Shown here: positions 26,285 through 42,427 of the stretch, piece after piece | Layout: every line of letters begins with the position of its first letter | Position numbering within the stretch: the first letter of the stretch is position 1 | Assembly (NCBI GenBank): GCA_964016885.1 | Contig: OZ024740.1 | Span: forward strand, 66,774,001 to 66,838,000 | Direction of reading: 5' to 3' | DNA from: Eledone cirrhosa | Taxonomy: Eukaryota | Length of the DNA stretch: 64,000 nt | Made by a program: the position numbers and the translations under genes | The notes under the pieces: generated by a model | Database searches by the model: none | Told to the model about the DNA's origin: nothing | The model's input: only the letters and a program-made list of their open reading frames with translations

Positions 26285-26640
26285 TATATTGAATTCGGTG
26301 CTTCGGCGGTACGCCAATTTATCGACTCCCACAAAGATGGTATGCAAATCTGACCTCAGTTAGATTTGAAATTCAGAATGTAAACAGCCATAAATATTCA
26401 AAGGAATGATGCGTCTGCAAATTCTACATAAAATATTGTTTTATGTGATAGAAACAGATACTCAAACTTTGCGACGGTAGAGTCGATCATTTTGACAACA
26501 GCACTTGACGAATAATATGTTTTATTGACCTCGAAGTGTACATTTGAATTTGGCATCATTTGAACTCAGAATGTAAAGGATTATAACGAAATACTGCACG
26601 ACAATTTCTCCTGTGAGCTAAATATTCTGCCAATCCATTA
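26285..26640 (-). mobile_element. Two decayed tRNA-derived SINE copies
   Basis: GATTTGAA(A/C)TCAGAATGTAAA B-box region present twice; similar to 39795-39980 and 51254-51420. Confidence 0.55.
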
Positions 26641-27441
26641 TCCTAACTCAAATAATATATAGATTATTTCCTCTGAATATATAATTCATATATTCATGTG
26701 TAGATATATGATAACAAATCTATTTGGCTGTAAAACCCTAGAAAAAGCTGCATTTAGATTTACATTTAGATAGATAAATGATTGACTCTGTGATACTAGG
26801 AAATATCTATATACAAAATCACCTGATTCATAGAGATTTATTATCAAAATATTTTATACATGTGAGACACAACACAGTTTATTGCGTAGGTACAAACTAC
26901 TGAAGTTTATTTCTAAATGCTCTATGTTTGACTGTATGTGAGGGGATAAAATCAGTCTCATGTATACTTATATGTTAATATAAAAAAATATTTTATAAAT
27001 ACACATATAAAAATCACATAGATGTTCGCACATATGTGTGAACAACTGTGTTGTGCATTTATGTTAATCCTACGAAGTTTAATGGTACACATTCACAACA
27101 CACATACGCACATATATAAATATATATATATATATATATTTGTTTTGCGAGGGTTTTGATATGAAAACGTGTGTTGAAATAAAAATTGTTATACCTGTGG
27201 GAGGGTCATATTGTTGTAATAATATTGCCAGAATTAATAACAGAACACACTCACTGTTTGGTTGGCTTTCGCTTCTGTATCTTTTATATCAGTTAATTCA
27301 TTCGGTCCTCAATGTTTACCATTGACTGACCAACGGTCAAAAATACAGATATATTATAGATATAAACACATATATATAGTCTAACAAAGTTATGTTATTA
27401 ATTCTGGCAATATTATTACAACAATATGGCCCACCTCAAGT

Positions 27442-27477
<36 letters not shown>

Positions 27478-27499
27478 CGAGAGAGAGAGGGGGTAGGAC

Positions 27500-27631
27500 G
27501 CTGGAAGGTAATATCAGTAGTGGTAGAGCACTCAGTCCATGGGACGAGTTAGGTAGAAGTGGTAACACAACAGTACACCATACCGAGAACAATTGTTCTC
27601 GGTATGGTGAACTCACTCTTGTGTTACCACT

Positions 27632-27634
<3 letters not shown>
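27500..27634 (-). repeat. Solo pLTR fragment of the 12-15 kb Penelope family, folded back at the HHR palindrome
   Basis: 27500-27595 matches 14669-14769; perfect 34-bp palindrome at 27576-27609 centred on CAATTG. Confidence 0.9.
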
Positions 27635-27694
<60 letters not shown>

Positions 27695-27696
<2 letters not shown>

Positions 27697-28445
27697 ATAT
27701 ATATAAAGCTGAAGTTGTCTGTGTGTGTGGATAGTTTTTAATGGGGGCTCATATATTCTAAACCATTCATGCGATTTCTTTGAAATTTTTTACAGAGCTT
27801 CTCCTTGCACACAACTTGTACATGATCTACAAAGGCTTTCAAAAATCGATATTGGGGCCTTTAGAGACATTAAAAAAAGGTTCGGTTAGTTGTGTCAATT
27901 TTCGTGATAAAGTAAGACAAGAGTTATCTTTCGTCAATACAATAGGAACTCATTTTTGATGATGTTGGCTGTTTCTCGAGTTGGTAATCCTGACAACCTA
28001 TTTATTTATGCTCCTGACGGGAAAACCAAAGATGTTGTGTATAAATCTGCTCTTCAATAACCCAAAACACAATGAGTGCTCCCTCCCAACATCCACCTCT
28101 TTTTATAACGATTTGCTCATCCATCTGTTCCACCCTGTTATGTCCAATCTGTATTGTTATTCCAACCTATGTACACAATAGTGTCTATTATTCAATTCAC
28201 TTCTCTATTTCATGATGCTCTTTAACTGTTGTCAAAAAAATTATACCTAGACTGGATTTCTGTTGTTACAATGGGATAATGGATGACACCGAGCTCACAT
28301 ATTAATTATTTCGCTGGAATAGTGCCTAAGGTTTTCATGTTTACATACAGTATGTTTTTCTTCAATGTATTCAAATTTACTTTATTTAGTTTAATGAGCT
28401 ATATCGAAAGCTACTTGAACCGTCCAAAAAACGGGTACTTTAGCT

Positions 28446-28447
<2 letters not shown>
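27695..28447 (+). mobile_element. Non-autonomous Helitron with helicase C-terminal remnant
   Basis: 27968-28060 encodes AVSRVGNPDNLFIYAPDGKTKDVVYKSALQ* (Pif1-type RepHel end); 3' CCGT..ACGG hairpin followed by CTGG|T (CTRR). Confidence 0.8.
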
Positions 28448-29516
<1,069 letters not shown>

Positions 29517-29615
29517 GTGCTTATGTATGTAAAAGGTAAACACAAATTACAACACAATCAGTACAGTATATGAAAGGGATATGTTAGGTTAAAGCTTGAT
29601 ATAGCTGGAAGAGGG

Positions 29616-29651
29616 TCTTAACGTTTCGGACGCTAGTCCTTCATCAGAAAA
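29616..29651 (-). ncRNA. Minimal HHR-like motif (pLTR fragment)
   Basis: TT-CTGATGA-AGGACTAGCGTCC-GAAACGTT-AAGA; weak stem I. Confidence 0.6.
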
Positions 29652-29750
29652 AAGAATGAGAGATAATATATATTGAGGAGGTGAGTTGGAATTTGAAAAA
29701 ATGTCTTGAGATAAAAATAACAGGTCCATTCCTGTTGATATATATATATA

Positions 29751-29787
<37 letters not shown>

Positions 29788-30147
29788 GACGTTTGTCAAA
29801 GGTAGGATTAGTCTAAATGCGAGTTGATAATCAGTGAGTGCAAATGATGTAGAGCATCTGGAGTTGATCCAATGTTTACGGTCTTCGAGCTGAAGGATAG
29901 TTTTATTCACAGAACATAAATAATTAAAAGATAAACATAGATCTTAATCATATATTGAATTGACCGATATATGTTTCGCATCTAAGATGTACAACGTAAG
30001 TTAATACTTTGTTAATGTTTAAAATTACTTTTTATACATTCTGAAAGGCCGAATTGCAATGAGACTCTACTCTTCATTTTATATGTAGGTTGGTGAAACA
30101 TATGTCGGTCAATTAAATGCACGATTAACTGCTATGGTTTCGGCTGC

Positions 30148-30211
<64 letters not shown>

Positions 30212-30480
30212 AAGGATAACTTGAACCGTAAAGATATATTCTCGTTCGTTATATCAAAAATTATAAAAGACACTTCGTAGTATTTTATTTGATGATAGCG
30301 TACCAAAATGTTGGTACACTTGAAATATATATAATAGAATAAATATGGTTTTATAAATATAGTTTCCATTTATTTAATATCGTTGTATATTATACTCCAG
30401 AAAACTTGTAGACTGCTCTGAATCAGTTACAAACATTTATATTTGTTGAATTATCAACAAATTGAATATCCCTTCTGATC

Positions 30481-30512
<32 letters not shown>

Positions 30513-30637
30513 GCACACACACACACATACACACACATATATAGATATATAGATATATGTGTAAATATATAACTATATATATATATACATAAATATATAT
30601 ACGTGTCTATGAATGTGTCTATGTACGCATATCTCTA

Positions 30638-30739
<102 letters not shown>

Positions 30740-31721
30740 GAAAAAAAGATGAAATCGAAAATGCAACTGGAGTCTTATTTTAAAAAATATATATATATTT
30801 ATTTGGTTCCTTTACCGGTTTCGCAGTTCTTCTGCTTTTCAAAAGTAGAGTTGAGATGGAAGCTCTGTGGTATTTCTCACATCTGGTTGGTCTTTGAATG
30901 TCACTTGTTTTATATGGAAAAAAGTGGCTCGAAACGCCAGGTTTTTAGAGAAGTAATTTGATAAGTTGGTCCATAATGATAATAAATATCGCGCCAGTTC
31001 GCGTTACAAAGTTCTTCAAACAGGGGGGGGGGGGGGGGGGGGGGCTCAGGTTATTTTTTTCATATATGTGTGTTTGAATTTCTTTTTACTTGAAAAAAGG
31101 GCTCACGAAGGCTTTTTTTAATAAACTTAATTTGATTGGTTATAAATGAAATTATCGTTGAACAAGTTTTCATTAAATTTCGCGCCCTTATTTGGAAATC
31201 TATTCTGTAGCCTTTTTAGAGAATTTTATGACAAGCAAAAGATAATGGTCAAGAGAAATGGGATGGGAGAATTGTTCTGGTTCAGTGAATATGGTTAGTT
31301 CGCTGGGGAGTCAGAAATCAGATTTTCTATTGAAATAAAGAAAGTAAATCTATGTATGTTTATTTGTGTGCTTGTGTGTGTGTGTGTATTGGAAGATGAT
31401 TCTATTAGTAGAAATGGGGGAGGGAGTTGTGTGTGTGTATGGGTGTTATATGTGTGTGTGTGAGAGTATGTTAAGATTGAGAGTGTAGGAAAGTGATTCT
31501 ATTAGTAGAAATGGGGGAATGAGTTGTGTGTGTGGAGGAGTGGGTGTTGTTATGTGTGTGTATGGGTGTTATGTGTGCGTGGGTGTATGGTTAGCATGTT
31601 AAGATGACGAGAATATATATATATTGTGCGTGTGCGTGTGTGTGTGTAGGAAAATGATTCCTTTAGTAGGAATATTTTTGAATGAACATATTTTCCTTAA
31701 TTTTACGTATTTGTTTATACG

Positions 31722-31758
<37 letters not shown>

Positions 31759-31797
31759 TAAATCATGTCTTTAGAATGATTAGATAATATATATATA

Positions 31798-32467
31798 TAA
31801 AAACAAATAACGAAACGAAATTAAATTTCGTTTCGTTTGTAACTCACTTTTGTATGACTGACGCTTAAACAATTAAGTTAAAAATGTACATCCACATATG
31901 TATACTGAAATACTAGTATGCATATGAATACACACACGTATACATATGTAGATGTACCGAGTTTTTCACTGGTCACTTTACTGTGAGTGTCCAGCTATTC
32001 TGTATGTAAACACACAGACAAACCGGTTTTTAGAGTCATACTGGTTTTTGAGGAAACACCTTTCCTCTATTCTCCAGAAAGCCAGACAAGGAATATTGAA
32101 CTAGTTTCGTTGTTGTTACAACTCATCAGCAATATTTACCTATCTTCCGGCCTTTCTAGAGAATCGTAAAAGCACATATCGTTATATGCTTTTTCTATGA
32201 AAATTAGTAGTGGGCAGACCATTTTGCATAGAGCGTGAGTACGTACCGGTTCAACGGAGACGATAAAAACAAATAACGAAACGAAATTAAATTTCGTTTC
32301 GTTTGTAACTCACTTTTGTATGACTGACGCTTAAACAATTAAGTTAAAAATGTACATCCACATATGTATACTGAAATACTAGTATGCATATGAATACACA
32401 CACGTATACATATGTAGATGTACCGAGTTTTTCACTGGTCACTTTACTGTGAGTGTCCAGCTATTCT
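31798..32467 (-). mobile_element. Retrozyme-like repeat R466 (1.44 tandem units)
   Basis: 31798-32001 is repeated identically at 32264-32467 (period 466); HHR at 32092-32136; no ORF; flanked by a 32-bp direct repeat. Confidence 0.88.
32092..32136 (-). ncRNA. Intact minimal type-I hammerhead ribozyme
   Basis: AATATTG-CTGATGA-GTTGT-AACA-ACAAC-GAAA-CTAG-TT-CAATATT; 7-bp stem I and 5-bp stem II, both perfect. Confidence 0.9.
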
Positions 32468-32506
32468 ATATATATATATCATAAATCATGTCTTTAGAAT
32501 GATTAG

Positions 32507-32551
<45 letters not shown>

Positions 32552-33454
32552 AGAGAGGCATTGGGAGTTTAGACTAGTAAAATGTGATTCAACTACTCGA
32601 TATTGGGAAAATAGACTGTTCGTATAGTGAACCACCGGTGAGGTCACGATGTTTAAACGGAAGCTGGTAACTGAATTATTTGTTCAGCTTCATCTATTTC
32701 AATACGCTGTATCATCAGGAGCGGAGTAGTGTAGGTTAGGTGGAGCAAAGGGTGCAGTTGTAGTTGAACAGGCAAACATACAGAGTGCCTTTTTTAGGGG
32801 TGGGAGGTACGCCGATGCCTTTATAGACCCGAATCCTTTATTGCGATGTTGGAGCGGGCCTAGCTCTGATTCATTTATGTTTTAACCCTGCCATATCTGG
32901 ATGTGTTTGTATGTGTACGTATGCGTGCAGACGCTGTAAGCAGTGTCTGGGTGATCCACTGATTGTGAGTATTCAGGAGAGTCTGAGTTTGTGTGTGGGT
33001 TAGGCAGTGTATATGTGTAATTCTGTGGTTGCGTATTCATTATAATATGATTGATCAGTTCGTTGGATATTGCTAAAAGAGGATGAAGGATAAGATTACG
33101 CCAATGCTACTACAGTGGCGGAAAGGAGGTCATGACATTTTGGTGAGGAGGAAAGTTTAAAGTAGTGAGCACGATATCCTGTACTTCTCTACTTTCTTCG
33201 CCTTACTTTCTTTCCCTCTCCTACTCTATCGTTTTGGTGCACGGGTTTGTGTTATTGCTGCCTGGGTTGTGGGAGTGGTTTTACTATTTTTAGTGTGTGT
33301 GTGTTTATTGTTGAAGTGGTCAGGCTATGTAAAATGTGTGTGCCACCAGCCACCACTGCGTTTGTTATATGTGCATGTATATGTCGGCGTGCGTGCCCCT
33401 CCAGTGTTTGGATCGATCAATGGGGTAGTTTGCATTCTAAATCTGGTAGTGGGA

Positions 33455-33488
<34 letters not shown>

Positions 33489-33594
33489 ATAATAATAAAT
33501 TTGAAGACTAAAATCCGAAGAGGGCTCGATAAGGATAAATATATATCAAATATATAAGAACCGTAGTGCAAATATTTATTAATCTGTTATTTTA

Positions 33595-33631
<37 letters not shown>

Positions 33632-34663
33632 AATAATGGAGCTGCGGTGCTGCAAATGGGTTACATATGAAAAAGTTTGTCCTCATCAGTGGCCTTCCAA
33701 CCGTCGTAGGCATTTCGTCGCATTAAAGGCCATATACCTCAGGTTGGTGCGAGCAACGGCTAAAAAAAAAGTCGTTGGGACACGTAAATAAAGGGGACGC
33801 TAGGGTAAACCAACAAAATGGTTTAAGCAACAGAAATTGATGAAGAAGGAACCAAGTCCCAGATTTCTATGAATATAAATTCGGTGGAATCGTGAACGAG
33901 AGAATAAAGACCATCAAACCTGGTTGAAATGTGAGCAAGGAAGGAATTTCGCAGAGGTCTAACGGGAGGAAGAAGGGGTCTGGTCTGCGAATTTGGTAAA
34001 CATAAGTTCTGTGAAGTCGCAGACGAGAGAGAGAGAAAAAAAATTCATACCGCCTTGGCAAAGTGCCCGCGAGAAAAGGATTACGGACAGGTCAAACGGG
34101 AAGAAAGGGGAGGAGGAGAGGTAGTGATAGAGAGTGAGTGAGTGAAAGGTGAGGCTAACAGAGAGAGAGAGACTGCTAGAAAGGGTAAAGACACAAAGAA
34201 CGAAACAGACTGGTGGCAGCGGAGGAAAAAATATATGTGTAAATATGATAATAATGGAGCTGCGGAGCTGCAAATATGTGTGTGTGTCTGTGAGTGTGTG
34301 TGTGTGTGTACACTGTATGTGCGCTTGATTCATTGTATAACTCTGCATGCACACGTTTGCTGTTTTGCTGTCAGATAGTGAGGCTAGAGCATGGTAGACT
34401 GCTTGTGGATCCTCGAATGGTTGTGTAATATCGATGCAACCTGTTGGAGCTAGTCGTGTTTTGTGTGACAGTGAAGGAATAAAAGAAGGGTAATCGAGAA
34501 AGAATGTGTAGTGTGTGCTTACTGGGGAAAATGTTACCTCGCAGGGTGTTAGTTTGAAGGGGATTAATAGATGGACATACACCACGTACGAAAGTTTGCA
34601 AGAAATAACTCAACTTCCGACCTTGATTTACTCGAACGCTCTCAAGTATACAACAAATTATCA

Positions 34664-34695
<32 letters not shown>

Positions 34696-34865
34696 ACGCA
34701 CACGCACACAGACACACACACAGACACACAAACACACACACACCTATATATATAGATATATATATAAGTAAAAAAAAAGAAAGAAATCTTCGCTCTACAT
34801 GGCTGAATAGAATATATGTTTACTTTTTTTTCTTCTTTGATCCGTCGAAGTGATATTATTGGAAG

Positions 34866-34968
34866 CTGAGGTTAACTTTGCCTTTCATCCTTACGGGGTC
34901 GATTAAATAAAGTACCAGTAATACACTGGGTTATTGCTGGCCTTGTGCCAAAGGTAGAAACAATTATT
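34866..34968 (+). mobile_element. SINE 3' part
   Basis: GAGGTTAACTTTGCCTTTCATCCTTACGGGGTCGAT..AAGTACCAG..GTAGAAACAATTATT; also at 38955-39008. Confidence 0.7.
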
Positions 34969-35166
34969 GCAAAAGTGAGACGGACAATTCATTTTTAAAA
35001 GACGAGTTTTATAATGTATATAAAATAATTAAAATATAACCGATTTCGATGTATCTCTGTAATCCACATTATCAAATCTTGAATATAACAATTAAGAAGA
35101 ATTTAAAAAGAACCAAAAATAAAAGATTAAGTGTTGAAGAAGGTCTGTTCATCTTTCTTGTTGATT

Positions 35167-35234
<68 letters not shown>

Positions 35235-35239
<5 letters not shown>

Positions 35240-35660
35240 TATGTATTCGCACAGTAGTATGTATATATACATACATGCAAACATATATATATCTATGTAC
35301 GTATGGGTTTACCGAAGATTTATTATAATGTTCGGTTTGTTTACAGAAAGGTATACGATGCTGACGATAGTTAATAACCTTGAAACTAGTACATCGTTCC
35401 TGTGTCAGTGTTGAACAAAAGGGCGACGATGGTTGCCGAGCACTGTAGGGCGTAATTCGGGCTGATTGTTTACAAACAAACCGAACATTATAATAAATGT
35501 TCGGTAAACTCATACGTACATATATATATATGTGTGCATGTATGTGTATATATACATACTACTGTGTGTCTGTACACATATATGTATGTACGTACACATA
35601 CTTATATTTAGGTATCAGCCGTACTGAGAGAGAGAAATGAAATTTCGTTTCATTATTTCC
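35235..35660 (+). mobile_element. R429 HHR repeat (short inverted arm plus forward arm)
   Basis: Homologous to 1485-1935; HHR at 35356-35396. Confidence 0.8.
35356..35396 (+). ncRNA. Minimal type-I HHR
   Basis: CGATG-CTGACGA-TAGTTAATAACCTT-GAAA-CTAG-TA-CATCG. Confidence 0.75.
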
Positions 35661-35661
35661 C

Positions 35662-35723
<62 letters not shown>

Positions 35724-35784
35724 GTATGTATATATATATATATGTATGTTTATATATACATATGTATATATATATGTATATGTG

Positions 35785-35875
<91 letters not shown>

Positions 35876-36247
35876 ATGTTAACAATTTACTCGATGATAT
35901 TCAGAGAATAAACAGTTAAATTATTGTTGAATAATTTGGGAAATTTTTCTGGTATATTTGAATAAATCCATTATTTGTTTCACGACGATTATATTCTATA
36001 CATTTTCGCTTCAAGGTTTGCACGGATAAAACAATCATGTTACGTATGGGAGAATCTAGAGAAACATTTCTCAGCGCTGACGTTCGTGATAAACAACATA
36101 ATTGGATTTTAACTTGTGTATGAATAGATGAATATGACTGGTTATAATCTTCCTACATTTGCCTATCAACGGCGCAGATTTTATATGTATATGTGCACAA
36201 TTAGATAAACAGGTATACATATGGACTCATGAGACGTGCACCTAGCA

Positions 36248-36366
<119 letters not shown>

Positions 36367-36377
36367 CCCACCCACAT

Positions 36378-36505
36378 ATGGGACGAGTTTGGTAGAAGAT
36401 GTTCCACAACAGTTAGTTCACCATACCGAGAACAAATGTGTAACCTTAAGCGGATCTTCAGCTCGGTCTGAATCATTCCGAGGTGAAGATCCGCTTAAAC
36501 TGAAC
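36378..36505 (-). repeat. Diverged solo pLTR fragment (12-15 kb family) with decayed HHR and short fold-back
   Basis: ACAACAGTTAGTTCACCATACCGAGAACA matches 14735-14763; 36478-36498 is the reverse complement of 36446-36466. Confidence 0.8.
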
Positions 36506-36507
36506 TA

Positions 36508-37960
<1,453 letters not shown>

Positions 37961-39794
37961 TATCTGTTAGAACACGAAAAGTGTGAAACAACAGAATGTT
38001 CACTTTTCGTGTTCTAACATATATGCGTAGCTTCTTAAAAAATTTTTCGGGGATAGCCGTGGTGGTGGTGATCGTATGTCATTGGCTAATTTTCAACCAA
38101 TCAGAGTACCTCTCTCTATATCTCTTCCACTGTTACTTACGCCTGTTTCTCTCTATCTGTTCCGTCTCTATATATATCTCTTACTCTTTCGCTTTGCACT
38201 CCTCCCCTTCAATACCATCTCTCCCCCTCTCTATATATTTGTTACTCTATCGCTGCACGCTCCTCTCCTTCAATATATCAATTACACACGCTTTACACTC
38301 CTTTATCCCCAGCGCCCCTATATATACACCCCCCCTCTCCCGCATCTATATTTTAATGTACCGTTGCACCGTGAATATATGTGTCTATATATATATACAT
38401 ATATATTGTATATACACATTCATGTATGTGTATACACACTCATGTATGTATATACACTGGTTTTATGTGTGTATTGTAAATTTGTACTGTTAAAACACGA
38501 AACTAACATTCGATTGACACGTTGATTACCTGTACAGGCAATAGTTATTAGAATGCTGTTGAAGTGTGTATATATTTTTGGGGGACATCCTGTATATACA
38601 CACATTATATATAATACAATAAACAGATAAATACACACATATATATATGAGCTTATTTAATTATAAATATTGTGAATTTTTAACTCAGTTCAATTATATA
38701 TATAAATGGCTTCTACAGGACTAGAACTGTTTCATTCGAAAGAAATCATCATAATATTGAGAGGGGGCACTAGATAAAATATTTCAAATCAAATGTGTAT
38801 AAGTTATAAGTTAAAATGTATAAATAGAGACGATAGTGGAGGTATATCTGTTTAGTGGAACAGTAGACGATAGAATTAAATACAGACGATAATCTCCCTT
38901 TAATGAAACAGCAGACGATAGAATTAAGGCAATTTAAATTTTAAGCATTTGCATTTTTGCCTTTCATCGTTACGGGGTCGATAAAATAAAGTACCAGTAA
39001 TACACTGTCACTAGACGACTTTCAAATTGAATTGTTGGTTCCATTTCTTTAGTATTTTCAATTGTAGTTATCTACTTAAAAAGCGTTACACGGTTAGAGA
39101 CATAATTCGTAAGTTATATCTTCCCTATTAAACCATTGCATTATTTCGCCTACAATAGAACAAAAATGAAATGTTCTTTAAAGAAACAGGAATATAACTT
39201 TATAAAAAAAAAAGTTGCATCCGCTTCTTTTATCATTGATAATTTTTTCGTTTTAATATTAATCGTTTTTTGTAGTTGTTTATATTAAAAATCTTACTGT
39301 AATATTTACTTAAACGAAGGCAAACATCTAAACTTATAGATTAATCTTGAGCGAAGGACTAGATAAATCTCTCTCTCTCTCCCCCTCTCTCTCTCTCTCT
39401 ATATATATATATAAACGAAGAATGATAAAATTTCAAGCAAAGAGTTTAATTAGGTATATTTTGTAATATTATTAACTAATTATTATAATTAACGCGCATA
39501 TTTTGCTATCCTCAAACACGTTTACACATGGCATGAAATATAACTAATCCGAGATGGCTAGGTTTCATCTTCTAACTGGATATACGAAATCCATTATGTC
39601 TTGACAACAACATGAGGTAACATTATGTTATTCACAGACACACTTTGTACACTGTTCCATATCAGAATGTATTTCCTTCGTCACATTCACAAACAGTATT
39701 GAAAATATGTTCTTCGGCAAATAAAAATGTTTTGTTCATAATATTTCAACTAGCGATTGCTCTACTCCACGCACGACCACCATAAATTAATGAC

Positions 39795-39980
39795 CAGCTC
39801 AACACAAGTATTGGTAGAGCGTCAGACACCATGCTTTGCAGTATTGTTATGGTCCTTTGCATTCTAAGTTCAAATCCTGCCGAGGTTAACTTCGACTTTC
39901 ATACTTACTAATTCGATAAAATAAAGTACCAGTAATGGACTGCCGTAATGGATTTGTGCCGAAAAATAGAAACACTATTA
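39795..39980 (+). mobile_element. tRNA-derived SINE
   Basis: A-box-like TGGTAGAGCG, B-box GTTCAAATCC, conserved ..CGATAAAATAAAGTACCAG core. Confidence 0.7.
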
Positions 39981-40527
39981 ATGTGCGATAAGAGCAAAAT
40001 ATAACGACATTGCTCAATTATTTTATCTAATGTTGTAATAACACAAGTTATTGTTTGTGTATTTTTTTTTATATTTGCTCATAGGCTTTTACAATTTCGC
40101 TCAGCCAACAACTATTAAAAAGTGAGTTGCTTAAGATAACAATTTAATCACAAATTGTTGCTATCTTTTAATACACTCCAACAAGTCATCAAATTATGTA
40201 CAATAAAAACAAATCTTATTAATTTGCTCAGGGAATATAAAGAAAATGTATATACACTGATAATTGCAATTGTATGTAAATATTTTGTTTTTGTATTGTA
40301 TATTTTATGTTTTCTATTATGTATAATATATTGATTTAATATTGATTGTTTTTTGTAGTTGTTTATATTAAAAGTCTGAAAATATTTTTATACATCTTAC
40401 ACTAATATTTATAAGATAATTTATAATAACAATTACATAATCTAATTACATTACAACGATAATTTATTATTAATATATATCCTGTTTAACTAGAGTTATT
40501 ACAAGCGTTGCCTTAAAAAAATATTAA

Positions 40528-41483
40528 ACTAGACATGAAAAATGCGCAAGCTCAAAAGTGCCACAGAATGTTATAATAAACCTTCAAAAGTGTGGGACTA
40601 GAGTTGTTGCTAAAAAATATTGTAATCATTATATATCGTACATTCTGTGGCATCCTTTATAAAAATAGCTTAAACCAACGAAGCCTTTATTTTTACGCTA
40701 TTTCACTTAGTTAATTCTTAGAGTGTAACATATAAAAATAAATACATCTATGTTTAATGTAATAACAGCTATAAATAATTACGTAATATTATTATCATAT
40801 ACTCATAGTAACAAAATAATTGTGTTGAAACTTAATATGATGCTTATATGAACGATCAAATCTATAATGATAATTTCTTAAATATACTAATAGTAAAATA
40901 ATTTAGTTATCTATTGTTACATTTTCATAGAACTATAATATTAACAATCGTATTGCATTATCAAATTTTTATCACTACAAACTTTCATATTGGAATTACC
41001 TTAAGCCACTTATTATTACTTCGCTTTCGTACTTTTACAGCTGTAGATATTGCGCTGTATCTTATATCTAATATCAATATCTCGTGGTAATTTGCATGAA
41101 GTGTAAAATAGGTTTATTAATAACTTTAATATGAAATGTATTATACAGGGCTGCGGAGTCGGCCAAAAATTGACTGGCTCCAACTCAGGATCCGATACTC
41201 CATTATTTCCTAAATTTCAGCTCCGCAGCTCTGTTATTATATTAATTAATTTATTTTATAGTTGTAAATGATATTTTTATATGTTCCACTCTAAGAATTA
41301 ACTAAGTGAAATAGCGTAAAAATAAAGGCTTCGTTGGTTTAAGCTATTTTTATAAAGGATGCCACAGAATGTACGATATATAATGATTACAATATTTTTT
41401 AGCAACAACTCTAGTCCCACACTTTTGAAGGTTTATTATAACATTCTGTGGCACTTTTGAGCTTGCGCATTTTTCATGTCTAG

Positions 41484-41484
<1 letters not shown>
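40528..41484. mobile_element. ~957-bp non-coding element with ~213-bp near-perfect terminal inverted repeats
   Basis: 40528-40740 is the reverse complement of 41272-41484; termini ACTAGACATG / CATGTCTAGT. Confidence 0.85.
41146..41233. mobile_element. 88-bp hAT-like MITE nested in the TIR element
   Basis: TIRs CAGGGCTGCGGAG / CTCCGCAGCTCTG; 8-bp TSD GTATTATA / TTATTATA (7 of 8 match). Confidence 0.75.
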
Positions 41485-41546
<62 letters not shown>

Positions 41547-41661
41547 GTATATATATATATGTATATATATATATATGAATATATATATGTATATATATAT
41601 ATGTATATATATATATGAATATATATATATATATGTATATATATATGTATATATATATATA

Positions 41662-41766
<105 letters not shown>

Positions 41767-41783
41767 GTATATATGTATATATG

Positions 41784-41814
<31 letters not shown>

Positions 41815-41823
41815 GTATATATG

Positions 41824-41941
<118 letters not shown>

Positions 41942-42231
41942 TTTGCATACGTGTGTCGGGATGTGTGGCAGTCTCTGTGTGTATTAGTGCCTGGATGTAC
42001 ATCTCGTGAGATAATTTAAAAGATAGAAAACACTTATATATTGATATTTAATATGTTCTTAAACCGTTTATAAATATTTCAAAACGTAATTCAAACAAAA
42101 CCTACTGAAAGATACGGTGTATTAAAATATATATGGTTTTATTCGATTTATGGTTATGAATCTCGAGGAAACATGGATCCTGCTTACATATATTATTAAA
42201 TAAACAAGTACAAGACACACACACAAATAAG

Positions 42232-42350
42232 TATGTATGTATGTATGTATGTATGCATGTATGTATGTATGTATGTATGTATGTATGTATGTATGTATGT
42301 ATGTACGTATGTATGTATGTATGTATGTATGTATGTATGTATGTATGTAC
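42232..42350. repeat. (TATG)n microsatellite
   Basis: About 29 units. Confidence 0.97.
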
Positions 42351-42394
42351 GTAATTATGTATGTATACACATATATATATATATCTATATATAC

Positions 42395-42427
<33 letters not shown>

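Noticed and set aside
32686-32724. HHR-like CTGATGA-TACAGCGTATT-GAAA on the minus strand
   Set aside because: Cleavage triplet and stem I are not satisfied; at best a decayed relic
39795-39890. tRNA gene
   Set aside because: A and B boxes are present but there is no cloverleaf, and the sequence continues into a SINE core and tail
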